64,000 bases of DNA, taken from the NCBI GenBank assembly GCA_964533505.1, contig CAZHKA010000042.1:26656-90655 (forward strand), in the 5' to 3' direction. This stretch comes from an uncultured Candidatus Bathyarchaeia archaeon. Its GTDB lineage: Archaea > Thermoproteota > Bathyarchaeia > 40CM-2-53-6. A program made the position numbers and the translations under genes. This document shows, piece by piece, positions 1 through 8,563 of this stretch (positions are counted from its first letter, which is position 1; every line of letters starts with the position of its first letter). A model generated the notes under the pieces. It was not told the origin of the DNA and did no database searches. It saw only the letters and a program-made list of their open reading frames with translations.

Positions 1-617
1 ACCGTAAGGAGAACGAGCAGAACCGCTGGGAGAATGACTACATGTAAGTCGTAAAACCTGAGGAGTTCGGTTGCATCGCCGCCCGCGCCCACGATAAGAA
101 ACATGATGGCCGAAGAGATGGCTGCGGGTAACGCGCTGATGATTCCTATTCCGACATCGGTCGCAGATTTTGAAACCACCGTCCATGGTAGTAGGTATCC
201 GGTGAAGCCGAAGCCGAGCGTCACGAACCCCATGACCATGCCTACAACCCACATCAACTCTCGGGGTTTCTTATGTACGGACACGAAATAGCCTCGCATC
301 ATGTGCATGAATGCGAGCATGATCATTGCGTAAGCGGTGTAAAGGTGAACCGTTTCCAAGAACCTGCCAAAGTAAACGCTTTGGAAGATATACTGGGTAG
401 ATTCGAAAGCGTTGTTTGGACTTGGAATGTAGTATAGCATCATGATCATTCCGCTTATGCCTTGAATGAGGAACGCAACAAAAGTTAACGCGCCCAGCCA
501 GTAGAACGGATTGATCGAATATCTAGGGGCAGGCCGTAGAAGCGGATAGGTTAAGCCGACCCTACTATCCAGCCAACCCGCCAGCCGCGACCAGCGGCTA
601 GCTTTGGCTTCAGCCAG
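1..617 (-). CDS. cytochrome b (5' part of gene; 3' end runs off left edge)
   Basis: Own minus-strand translation gives ...FYWLGALTFVAFLIQGISGMIMMLYYIPSPNNAFESTQYIF..HLYTAYAMIMLAFMHMMRGYF..GFGFTGYLLPWTVVSKSATDVG..., a typical cytochrome b/b6 N-terminal domain with conserved His. It lies directly downstream of the Rieske gene. There is no ATG/GTG/TTG between the in-frame stop at 624-626 and the conserved region, so the start is unresolved. Confidence 0.8.
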   Translation of the reverse strand, partial: MAEAKASRWSRLAGWLDSRVGLTYPLLRPAPRYSINPFYWLGALTFVAFLIQGISGMIMMLYYIPSPNNAFESTQYIFQSVYFGRFLETVHLYTAYAMIMLAFMHMMRGYFVSVHKKPRELMWVVGMVMGFVTLGFGFTGYLLPWTVVSKSATDVGIGIISALPAAISSAIMFLIVGAGGDATELLRFYDLHVVILPAVLLVLLT

Positions 618-1257
618 TCTGCGTCACCGGGTTTCCGCCCTGTAGGTCCGCGGACACGTCATTTGATCCTGTCTGATGGCCGAAGATGGTTGGAGGGCCC
701 ATCCCAACAGCATAGATGTTTCCTGAATTATCGATTTCAAGTTTCACTTGTGGTTGGGGCCTGGGCGAGGGGCCGGAAATTACGTTAGCGGCGTTCGCCA
801 AGTCATAGACGGATCCGTGACAGCAGCAGTATCCCACCGGCCGATCGGCTTTGTAGGATTGATTGCAGGGGGGTGAACTGCCCGTGGTCTGGAATCCGTA
901 GATGCAGCCAAGATGTTGGCATATGCTGCTGAATGCAACGATGTCGCCGTCAGCGCCTATCCCTCCTAATGCTTTCACGCCAAGTTTAACGAGAATGTTA
1001 GGTTCATTGTCGAGCGGATAGTTGAAGGAGATTGGTTGGCCCACTTGCAAGTCGCTGAGTTGGGCGATTTTTATGCGAGGAAATTGCGCTTGCCCGGCAT
1101 TTGCCGTACCCGTGGGCGCCGGGTTCGTGATAGATTCTAGGACGGCGACAATTCCCCCTAAAGCTAGGAGACTTGAGAGCGCCATAGCGTATTTCAGGAA
1201 ATTTCGTCGTGAATCTGACGTGTTGGTCTCATGATCTTTAACCAGTTCCGAGCCCAA
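610..1257 (-). CDS. Rieske [2Fe-2S] protein with Tat-type signal
   Basis: CQHLGC...CCCHGS matches the CxH...CxxH Rieske motifs. The N-terminus SRRNFLKYAMALSSLLALGG is twin-arginine-like. Confidence 0.85.
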   Translation of the reverse strand: MGSELVKDHETNTSDSRRNFLKYAMALSSLLALGGIVAVLESITNPAPTGTANAGQAQFPRIKIAQLSDLQVGQPISFNYPLDNEPNILVKLGVKALGGIGADGDIVAFSSICQHLGCIYGFQTTGSSPPCNQSYKADRPVGYCCCHGSVYDLANAANVISGPSPRPQPQVKLEIDNSGNIYAVGMGPPTIFGHQTGSNDVSADLQGGNPVTQTG

Positions 1258-1307
1258 GAAGCCCTACACCCTGTCTTCCGTAGGTTTCCGCCGTATAGTG
1301 ACTCCGA

Positions 1308-2408
1308 TTATGTGCCAACAACCAATAGCCCAATTCCCACGGCTGCTGCTAAAGCCGGCGAGATGCCACTGGGAGTGCTTGACGTGGTCGTTGAAGTGGT
1401 TGTCGCCATGAGCGGTGGTTGGTCGCTGATGGTTAGCGTGTACCATTGGGATACGGATTTTATGTGTGATGACTCGCCCAGCTTTCCGTTCCAAACGGCG
1501 AAACCAACATAATATGTTGAGCCCGTCGTCAACTGCACCCTGTACGCCGAATCCGGCGTAGTGAAGCTCCTCACCATTTCCACGGTCCACGTCTTATCTG
1601 CGCTGGAGAAGTAGTTTCCAACGTGCACGATATACGGGTCGGCGTAGGGGTCAATGTTCGGCGACGTGGCACCAAAACTTCCACCTATCACAAAGAAGCC
1701 CGTAGTGTTCGTGTAATCATCTTCGGCGAATGAGGCATTATTGTTTGGAAAGATCGGTGCCCCCGCGGGGTTCGTGTACCCTCCCGGGAACCCTGTGTCG
1801 TTAAGGTCGTTGTCTGTTGGATTGGATTGCCAATGCCAAATGTTGGCGGCGCCGCCGGTAATGGCGCCGTCCGAGCCCAGCATCATGGCAGGGGACTGTT
1901 GCCTAGCCGCGGCGGTTGCCAGAAACCAGAGCATTGCGACTCTGTCGGGGTAATAATAGGTTGAGTTATAGAATAGCTTGGTCACGTTTGCCGTGTCTGC
2001 CGGGTTAAGCGGTAGCAACGAGCCGTTTGTAGATTCGTACATTTCACTGGATGAACCGAAAGATGGGCCGACCGAATCATTCCAGCGAAAGAGCATGTAG
2101 ATATTGAATCCATCATTCGCCGACTTAACAAGAACATTGGGCGTATGTCCGCCCCCTGGCGCCACCGACGCAGCTAAGGGAACCTCTGTCCATGGAATCG
2201 TATTCCAAAATGCCTCCCTCCCAGGCGCGGTATAGTTGGGTGCCCCCGTGACTCTGTACGAAACCAAATTAACGAATTGACTTTGCGCACTCACCGGACC
2301 CCGGGTAACTCCAACAACGATACCGGCACAGAATATGAAAGCAATCAAAATGAGGGCGACCGAGCCTTGTCGGTTACTGCGGACGAAAACGGAAGGGAAC
2401 ATGGACAT
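1308..2408 (-). CDS. secreted, C-terminally membrane-anchored protein with EB_dh/DOMON-like (heme-b binding type) domain
   Basis: N-terminal TM/signal, a Thr/Ser-rich linker and a C-terminal TM (GISPALAAAVGIGLLVVGT). Strings FWNTIPW, VKSANDGFNIYMLFRWND, DRVAMLW and NIWHWQS resemble the ethylbenzene-dehydrogenase gamma / DMSO-reductase heme-binding domain. Assigned from memory only. Confidence 0.5.
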   Translation of the reverse strand: MSMFPSVFVRSNRQGSVALILIAFIFCAGIVVGVTRGPVSAQSQFVNLVSYRVTGAPNYTAPGREAFWNTIPWTEVPLAASVAPGGGHTPNVLVKSANDGFNIYMLFRWNDSVGPSFGSSSEMYESTNGSLLPLNPADTANVTKLFYNSTYYYPDRVAMLWFLATAAARQQSPAMMLGSDGAITGGAANIWHWQSNPTDNDLNDTGFPGGYTNPAGAPIFPNNNASFAEDDYTNTTGFFVIGGSFGATSPNIDPYADPYIVHVGNYFSSADKTWTVEMVRSFTTPDSAYRVQLTTGSTYYVGFAVWNGKLGESSHIKSVSQWYTLTISDQPPLMATTTSTTTSSTPSGISPALAAAVGIGLLVVGT

Positions 2409-2465
2409 GTGAATGGCCAGAATCGCCCATTTAACACCATCGGATTCTAGTAGGTTAGAATCAGG

Positions 2466-3053
2466 TTAAGATGCGCTTCTTCGGCCTATTACGACTATGA
2501 TGCCCCCCATCAAGAACTGTTTCAGGTCCACTTCACGGAAGTGGCTTTGCATTTGCGAGAGAATTGAGCCGTTTGTCGGCAACGATTCGTAAGTGGGGAC
2601 GATCATACGCCATGGGTTACCTTTCAACTTCCCAATGATGGCGGCCTTAGCGATAAGAGGCATAAGGTGTTGGATGTAAAGCAAACTTCCTGCACGTTTC
2701 AATGGGCTGTCAGGTTTGCCGAGGTCGACATCTGCGAAAGCTCCGGACTCGGCGCAAATTCTATGGTACTCTCCGATTGCCTTTGGAATATCGACACTGT
2801 CTCGTAACGCATAACATGTTATTATTGCATCGAACACGCCGTCACGAAACGGCAAAAATTCGAACGCCCCACGCACGAGCTGCAAGCTCGTAGGCTTAAG
2901 GACCCTTAGATTGAGCTCGGCAGTCTTCAACTGCTTTGTCGAAGCATCAAATCCGACGAGTATACCGGGTTTGTATGATTCCAGGATGAGCCTAGAAGTA
3001 GTTCCTGGCCCAATACCCGCGTCAAGAACTACATTTTTTTCTGCAATTTGCAA
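2466..3053 (-). CDS. class I SAM methyltransferase, UbiE/MenG-like (demethylmenaquinone methyltransferase family)
   Basis: VLDAGIGPGTTS SAM motif. The upstream in-frame open sequence (to 3215) encodes PLYDRVNDLISFGKAQVARK, which resembles the UbiE N-terminus (YDVMNDLMSFG). The real start is therefore probably upstream of the TTG at 3053, but no canonical start codon exists there. Confidence 0.65.
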   Translation of the reverse strand: MQIAEKNVVLDAGIGPGTTSRLILESYKPGILVGFDASTKQLKTAELNLRVLKPTSLQLVRGAFEFLPFRDGVFDAIITCYALRDSVDIPKAIGEYHRICAESGAFADVDLGKPDSPLKRAGSLLYIQHLMPLIAKAAIIGKLKGNPWRMIVPTYESLPTNGSILSQMQSHFREVDLKQFLMGGIIVVIGRRSAS

Positions 3054-3373
3054 TTCTTGAAGTGCAAACTTGCGCGCAACCTGCGCCTTACCGAACGAGA
3101 TAAGATCATTTACCCGGTCGTAGAGTGGGATAGATTCTTCGATGGCTTCTACAACTCTCCTTGAGACCTCCGCTGAAAGCCCACCAGAACCCTCACCTCT
3201 ACCAGGTTGTGCCAGCTATCATCAACCACTGAGGGGCTAGCAAGTTCCCATCTAAAAGAGCTAATGAAACGGATGAAACAAATGAGCGGGGATGTGGGGC
3301 TTTAGCGTCCGCTAATCTTTAGGCATGCGATAGACGAATCGAGTCAGTATACAGGTAGGGCGGGTAGAAGGCT

Positions 3374-3790
3374 CTATTTTTCGAGCAGGCTGGTGAAGAA
3401 GTCGTGGTGTTCTTCTTCGTCTTCCTCTATCTCTTCGAATATCTCCTTCGTCGCGACGTCGCCTTCCTTCTCGGCGACTTGCATGATCTCCTTGTACATG
3501 GCGATGGTATCAACCTCTGCCTTTACATCGTTTCTCAACATCTCTTCAAGGGTTTCGCCGACATGGATCGGGTCAGGTTGAATTGTTGGCTTGTCTCCTA
3601 GGTACCAGAGCCTCTCGGCGATCTTCTCAGCATGCTTCATCTCATCCATCGCGACTTTCTTGAATCCCTCACTGACCGCATAATGTTCAACTCCCTTCCA
3701 TTGAATGTGTTGCCACATGTACTGAATAATCGCCTGCAACTCACCGGCAATCGCACGATTCAACATATCCTTAAGCTTCTGACTAGCCAA
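3374..3790 (-). CDS. bacterioferritin/ferritin-like diiron protein
   Basis: 138 aa four-helix pattern: AGELQAIIQYMWQH, DEMKHAEKIAERL, EVDTIAMYKE, EEDEEEHHDFF (E...ExxH twice). Confidence 0.7.
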   Translation of the reverse strand: MASQKLKDMLNRAIAGELQAIIQYMWQHIQWKGVEHYAVSEGFKKVAMDEMKHAEKIAERLWYLGDKPTIQPDPIHVGETLEEMLRNDVKAEVDTIAMYKEIMQVAEKEGDVATKEIFEEIEEDEEEHHDFFTSLLEK

Positions 3791-3904
3791 AACTGTTCAA
3801 CCAGACCGCGGGACTGCCCAACGGAGAATTAAACTGACTTTCAGAGAATCACGATTGAAATAGACCCTCAGCCGGCGCTATTCAGATAGAAAGTCTCGAG
3901 CAGC

Positions 3905-4354
3905 TCAGGAAAGATTCGTCCTATTTTGTGCGGCTCCTAGAACGCGGTTCAGAGTGGTGATAAAGGAGTCGATCTCTTGGTTTGACATTCCATCTATTGC
4001 TCGCTCAACAAATCTGTCATGTAATTTCGTGGCTCGCTTCAGCTTCTCGCCGCCCTTTCCCGTTATAGCAACATTGATCGCTCTTCTGTCCGCGTCGCTT
4101 CTAACACGCCGCACAAGCCCAGCCTCCTCAAGCTTGTCGACAACCATGGTCATGCCGGGGGCCGTCATTCCTTGCTCCGTAGCAAGAGTCACCATAAGTC
4201 GCGGTCCCGTTTCGAAGAGAACCCGCAACACTCGGAACGCCGCGAGAGACAATCCAATCTCTGATAGGTTACTCTCGGCGAGCTTATTCCATCGCCTAAA
4301 ACCATCCGATAATGCACGCCCAACATCGAATTTTGAGACAGCAGTCTGTCGCAT
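3905..4354 (-). CDS. MarR family transcriptional regulator
   Basis: 149 aa with winged-helix pattern LSLAAFRVLRVLFETGPRLMVTLATEQGMTAPGMTMVVDKLEEAGLVRRVRSDADRR. Confidence 0.8.
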   Translation of the reverse strand: MRQTAVSKFDVGRALSDGFRRWNKLAESNLSEIGLSLAAFRVLRVLFETGPRLMVTLATEQGMTAPGMTMVVDKLEEAGLVRRVRSDADRRAINVAITGKGGEKLKRATKLHDRFVERAIDGMSNQEIDSFITTLNRVLGAAQNRTNLS

Positions 4355-4628
4355 GAGGCCCCCTCGCTAGCTCCCATTAAGTAACTGAAACAAGACGGAA
4401 GTAAGAAAGATATCGACCGATTCCTGGCGATAAATCCGACCCCTAAGGAGCTTGAAGGTTAGATGGTTAAGTTCTTCAAGCGACCGAATGCAAGCTAGCT
4501 ACGATAACATAAGCGCTATCTCCGATTCGTCGCAAACGAATTGCCAAAAGTCCTGAGAATCGTCCCTAATCGTGCACAAACTTCGTCGTTCATAAAGGTG
4601 CAAAGATTGGTTTTCAAACGCACCCGAC

Positions 4629-4638
4629 TAATGATTAA
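4629..4638. promoter_or_regulatory. AT-rich motif TAATGATTAA upstream of amt copy 1 (partial second copy AATGATTA at 4649-4656)
   Basis: The same 10-mer occurs in reverse complement at 6177-6187 upstream of amt copy 2, at a similar distance (about 125 nt) from the start codon. Confidence 0.25.
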
Positions 4639-4764
4639 CTAGCTAACAAATGATTAGACAACAAATAATTGACCATCTAAGTTTTTTCACTTCCTGAAAT
4701 CAACGGTGACGGTAATATTCGCAGATCAGAAAGCGCCTGTAGACTACTCCAATTGGTGTTGAAA

Positions 4765-5994
4765 ATGCTGAACTCGGGCGATATCGCATGGGTACTGTCT
4801 GCCACAGCTCTTGTGATGATCATGACTCCGGCGGTGGGCTTCTTCTATGGAGGATTAGTGAGAAGAAAGAACCTCGTATCGACAATCGTACAGTGCCTAG
4901 CCATCTTCGCTGCAATAAGTTTGGTTTGGGCTATGTGGGGATATAGTCTTGCTCTCGGCGGACAGTCGATTGGAGGGATAATTGGGAATTTATCTGACTT
5001 CGGATTAACCAATGTCGGGATTGCGCCAAATCCGGCGTATGCTGGTACAATTCCGGAAGTTCTGTATGTGGCTTTTCAGCTAAAATTCGCGGCAATTACT
5101 CCAGCCTTGATTATAGGTGCATTCGCAGAGAGGGTTCGCTTCAAATCACTTTTGATTTTCGTGGTCCTCTGGACCACTTTCATCTATGTTCCTGTTGTTC
5201 ACTGGATATGGGCTGTGGGCGGCTGGCTGCGTGCGCTAGGAGTTGTCGATTTTGCGGGCGGCATGGTCGTTCATGAAACGGCCGGAGTCTCGGCACTCGC
5301 CGCAGCCATATTCATCGGAAGAAGAAAGGGCTTGACGCCTAAGGGGGAAATTAGGCCGAATAACATTCCTTTCGTAATTCTAGGAGCGGCAATATTGTGG
5401 TTTGGCTGGTTTGGCTTCAACGCCGGCAGCGCTCTTGCGGCTGACGGCATAGCGGCTAACGCTTTGTTGGTAACTAATCTAGCGGCTGCTGCCGGCGCAA
5501 TGAGTTGGATGATTACCGACTGGATGAGGAAAGGCAAACCATCCGCGGTGGGAATTTCAGTCGGAGCAGTATGTGCATTAGCGACGATAACACCAGCGTC
5601 CGGTTACGTAGGTCCAATGTCCTCGATCATAATAGGAGCCGCAGCAGGAGTTGTGTGCAACTTTGTTGCGAGTTGGCGTGCAAGAACACGACTTGATGAC
5701 TCCTTAGATGTGTTTGCCTGCCACGGTGCGGGTGGAATCTTGGGATCGATAGCGACGGGGATATTCGCTTCCACCGCTATCAACGCCGCTGGACCGAACG
5801 GATTGTTATACGGAAATATGTATCAACTTATCGTGCAGGTGTTCGGAGTGGTCGTCGTAGGGTTCTTTGCCTTTGCGGGATCGTACGTACTACTACGAGT
5901 AATCAACGTCTTTACACAAGTAAGAGTTAGCCCCACGGAAGAAGACGCGGGACTCGACATGTCGCAACACGGCGAGGAAGCATACACAGGCTAA
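4765..5994 (+). CDS. amt: ammonium transporter (Amt family), copy 1
   Basis: Multi-TM protein with Amt signatures DFAGG.VVH, LGAAILWFGWFGFNAGS and DDSLDVFACHGAGG. The ATG at 4765 is preferred over the TTG at 4753 by alignment with copy 2. Confidence 0.9.
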   Translation: MLNSGDIAWVLSATALVMIMTPAVGFFYGGLVRRKNLVSTIVQCLAIFAAISLVWAMWGYSLALGGQSIGGIIGNLSDFGLTNVGIAPNPAYAGTIPEVLYVAFQLKFAAITPALIIGAFAERVRFKSLLIFVVLWTTFIYVPVVHWIWAVGGWLRALGVVDFAGGMVVHETAGVSALAAAIFIGRRKGLTPKGEIRPNNIPFVILGAAILWFGWFGFNAGSALAADGIAANALLVTNLAAAAGAMSWMITDWMRKGKPSAVGISVGAVCALATITPASGYVGPMSSIIIGAAAGVVCNFVASWRARTRLDDSLDVFACHGAGGILGSIATGIFASTAINAAGPNGLLYGNMYQLIVQVFGVVVVGFFAFAGSYVLLRVINVFTQVRVSPTEEDAGLDMSQHGEEAYTG

Positions 5995-6176
5995 TCAACC
6001 GAACTGGTGACAATTATCAGTAGACACCGACCATATGCAGAGCCAAGCAGTAGAATCTATCCCGGAAATGCGGAGCTGATTGCCTGATCACGCTCTTATC
6101 TGGAGGTCCTCGACACGGGTCTAGTCGATAAGTAGCAATGGGATAAATAGCAAGGGTCCAGATACATCTTAGATGC

Positions 6177-6187
6177 TTAATCATTAA
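6177..6187. promoter_or_regulatory. TTAATCATTAA motif upstream of amt copy 2
   Basis: Its reverse complement contains the TAATGATTAA seen at 4629-4638. Confidence 0.25.
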
Positions 6188-6310
6188 CCCAATAACTTTA
6201 TTGCGAAATCTGTTAGAGCAATTTAGCAGCGGATATAATGACTCTCTATAGGGAGGTGTTATAACTGCTTCCTCTTCGCGTCAAGTCGACTAAGTAAGGT
6301 GTAGAGTGGA

Positions 6311-7537
6311 TTGCTAGACTCGGGCGATATCGCTTGGGTAATTACTGCGACCGCATTGGTCATGATAATGACGCCCGCCCTCGGATTTTTCTACGGCGGG
6401 CTCGTTAGAAGAAAGAACCTAGTGTCGACAATATCGCAGTGCTTTGCGATATTTGCAGTTGTAAGCTTGGTATGGGCATTTTGGGGATACAGCTTGGCCT
6501 TGGGCCCAAGTGTGAGCGGGTTCATAGGTAGCGCTGCAAACTTTTTCATGAATAATGTCGGTTATGCGCCCAACCCAGGTTACTCCTCTACCATACCGGC
6601 GTTGCTGTACTTTGCTTTTCAATTGAAATTCGCGGCCATCACTCCTGCCCTAATCATTGGAGCGTTCGCCGAGCGGATCCGTTTCAAATCACTGATGGTG
6701 TTCATCGTTTTGTGGACGACTTTCATTTATTGTCCCATCGCTCACTGGAACTGGGCCGTCGGGGGCATGCTTAGAGATTTTGGGGTGATCGACTTTGCTG
6801 GGGGCCTCGTAGTTCACACGGCATCGGGAGTTTCTGCGGTTGCAGCCGCCCTTGTGTTAGGTAAGAGAACCGGCGTCGACGCAAACCATGAGGTGCGTCC
6901 GAATAACGTCCCGTTCGTAATTCTGGGGGCGGCAATCCTATGGTTTGGATGGTTCGGCTTTAATGCAGGAAGCGCCCTAGCGGCGAATGCCCTAGCGGTT
7001 AATGCGTTGGTCGTCACGAACTTGGCGGCTGCCGCTGCAGCGGTCAGTTGGATGTTTACGGACTGGGTTAGAAAGGGTAAACCATCAGCCATCGGGCTTT
7101 CGGTCGGAGCAGTCGCTGGTCTAGTGGCCATCACTCCCGCATCGGGTTATGTTGGCCCTATGCCGTCGATAATTATCGGCCTAGTAGCCGGAGTGCTCTG
7201 CAATTACGTGGGCAGCCTACGGGCTAGAACTAGGCTCGACGACTCGCTGGACGTGTTTGCTTGCCACGGCGCGGGTGGAATGTGGGGAACTATTGCAACT
7301 GGCCTCTTTGCATCTACCCTCATCAACTCGGGTGGGCCCAACGGTCTATTTTACGGCAACCCAGCTCAGCTGGGGATCCAAGTCGTGGCTGTGGTAATCG
7401 TGGCCGCGTTCTCATTCGTGGGCTCATATGTGTTACTAAGACTGATCAATTTGGTTATGCCGCTTCGCGTAAGCCCGCAGGACGAGGATGCCGGGCTAGA
7501 CTTGAGCCAAATGGGCGAAGAAGCCTACGGCAGCTAA
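6311..7537 (+). CDS. amt: ammonium transporter (Amt family), copy 2
   Basis: Colinear paralog of 4765-5994 with the same signatures. TTG start. Confidence 0.9.
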   Translation: MLDSGDIAWVITATALVMIMTPALGFFYGGLVRRKNLVSTISQCFAIFAVVSLVWAFWGYSLALGPSVSGFIGSAANFFMNNVGYAPNPGYSSTIPALLYFAFQLKFAAITPALIIGAFAERIRFKSLMVFIVLWTTFIYCPIAHWNWAVGGMLRDFGVIDFAGGLVVHTASGVSAVAAALVLGKRTGVDANHEVRPNNVPFVILGAAILWFGWFGFNAGSALAANALAVNALVVTNLAAAAAAVSWMFTDWVRKGKPSAIGLSVGAVAGLVAITPASGYVGPMPSIIIGLVAGVLCNYVGSLRARTRLDDSLDVFACHGAGGMWGTIATGLFASTLINSGGPNGLFYGNPAQLGIQVVAVVIVAAFSFVGSYVLLRLINLVMPLRVSPQDEDAGLDLSQMGEEAYGS

Positions 7538-7608
7538 CACGATCTTACAAAAACGGTGCAGGACGGTGCAAAACACCGTCTTCTCTTCTTTTCCTTTACG
7601 TTCAAAGC

Positions 7609-7890
7609 TTAGGTTGATTTCGGTGACTTTCTTAGGGCCAAGCCCAGCCACACGATGCCCACGATCGCGATTACCACGGCAATAGTGGCCAACATACCTG
7701 ACAAACCGAAACCAAATCCTCCACCGAATTGGCGACCGCCTCCGAATCCTGAACCCGACATTCCGCTGGGACGAAACATTGCTCTGAACATCATTGCCCT
7801 AACGAAACTGTACACCTCGCTGAAAGCCATGAGAGCGACACCAACGGCGGTGACCAGGTATGGATACTTGGTTTGAGACACGTTACTCAT
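7609..7890 (-). CDS. small membrane protein, Gly-rich loop (hypothetical)
   Basis: 93 aa with two hydrophobic segments flanking GMSGSGFGGGRQFGGGFGFG. Confidence 0.4.
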   Translation of the reverse strand: MSNVSQTKYPYLVTAVGVALMAFSEVYSFVRAMMFRAMFRPSGMSGSGFGGGRQFGGGFGFGLSGMLATIAVVIAIVGIVWLGLALRKSPKST

Positions 7891-8212
7891 TATTCTCCAC
7901 CTCGCAACTACGATTTGTAGTTAAGTGAACTCAAGTCAGCTATATAATCGGTTTGGATGAATCGTCCACGGACTAAATTCGCATCAATCCTAGGCGGCCG
8001 ACATGCGATGTCGGGTATGTGTGTGAAGTGGGGGTGTAAGTCGATTCGAAATTCGCCGCGCCTCTCCTCTCCATTTCCCACAGTATTCGTTGGCCGTCTT
8101 CGACGGTTGTGGTCATTTTCTGGACACAAGCCCATCATAATACTTAATATAAGGTGAGGAAAGTTGAGGCGAATCGCGACGAAAAATCGGAGCATAGGAT
8201 CGATGAGTAAAC

Positions 8213-8488
8213 TTGCCACGACTATTAGCTTTTGTAGACATTTTTGTCGAGTCGCCCATGTTGGACGACGTCGTCAAAGCACTTAAGGCACTTCCTAACG
8301 TAGAGGAACTCTACGAGGTTACTGGAGAGTTCGATATCGTAACGCTCGTCTCCACGGCGGGCATTGAGGAATTTCGAGATTTACTGAAGAATAAGCTCTT
8401 GAAGATTCCGGGCATAAAGAGTACAGTAACCTCAATCGTCTTGAACGCCGCGAAGGGGCACAGAAACGGGCATTCAACCTCCGATTAG
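8213..8488 (+). CDS. stand-alone Lrp/AsnC ligand-binding (RAM) domain protein
   Basis: AFVDI.VE...LDDVVKALKALPNVEELYEVTGEFDIVTLV...IEEFRDLL..KL.KIPGIKSTVTSIVL is the typical AsnC_trans_reg fold pattern without an HTH. Confidence 0.65.
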   Translation: MPRLLAFVDIFVESPMLDDVVKALKALPNVEELYEVTGEFDIVTLVSTAGIEEFRDLLKNKLLKIPGIKSTVTSIVLNAAKGHRNGHSTSD

Positions 8489-8563
8489 CAGTAGGGTCCG
8501 GGACGGGCTGTTTCAGTAGAAATTCAAAGAGACTCACAATGATGGCGAAAATCGGGATAAACT

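Noticed and set aside
5995-6310. Search for glnK (PII) after either amt gene, including frameshifted versions.
   Set aside because: No frame shows PII motifs. Both downstream regions are non-coding or carry an unrelated small membrane ORF.
7908-8219. 103-aa ORF and the opposite 66-aa ORF in the gap before the RAM-domain gene.
   Set aside because: No motifs are present and the composition is Arg-rich and odd. The region more likely holds promoter or intergenic sequence for the kdp-side genes.
8489-8563. Search for kdpF upstream of kdpA.
   Set aside because: The only small ORF (ATG at 8539) is hydrophilic and out of frame. No hydrophobic 25-30 aa peptide is present.
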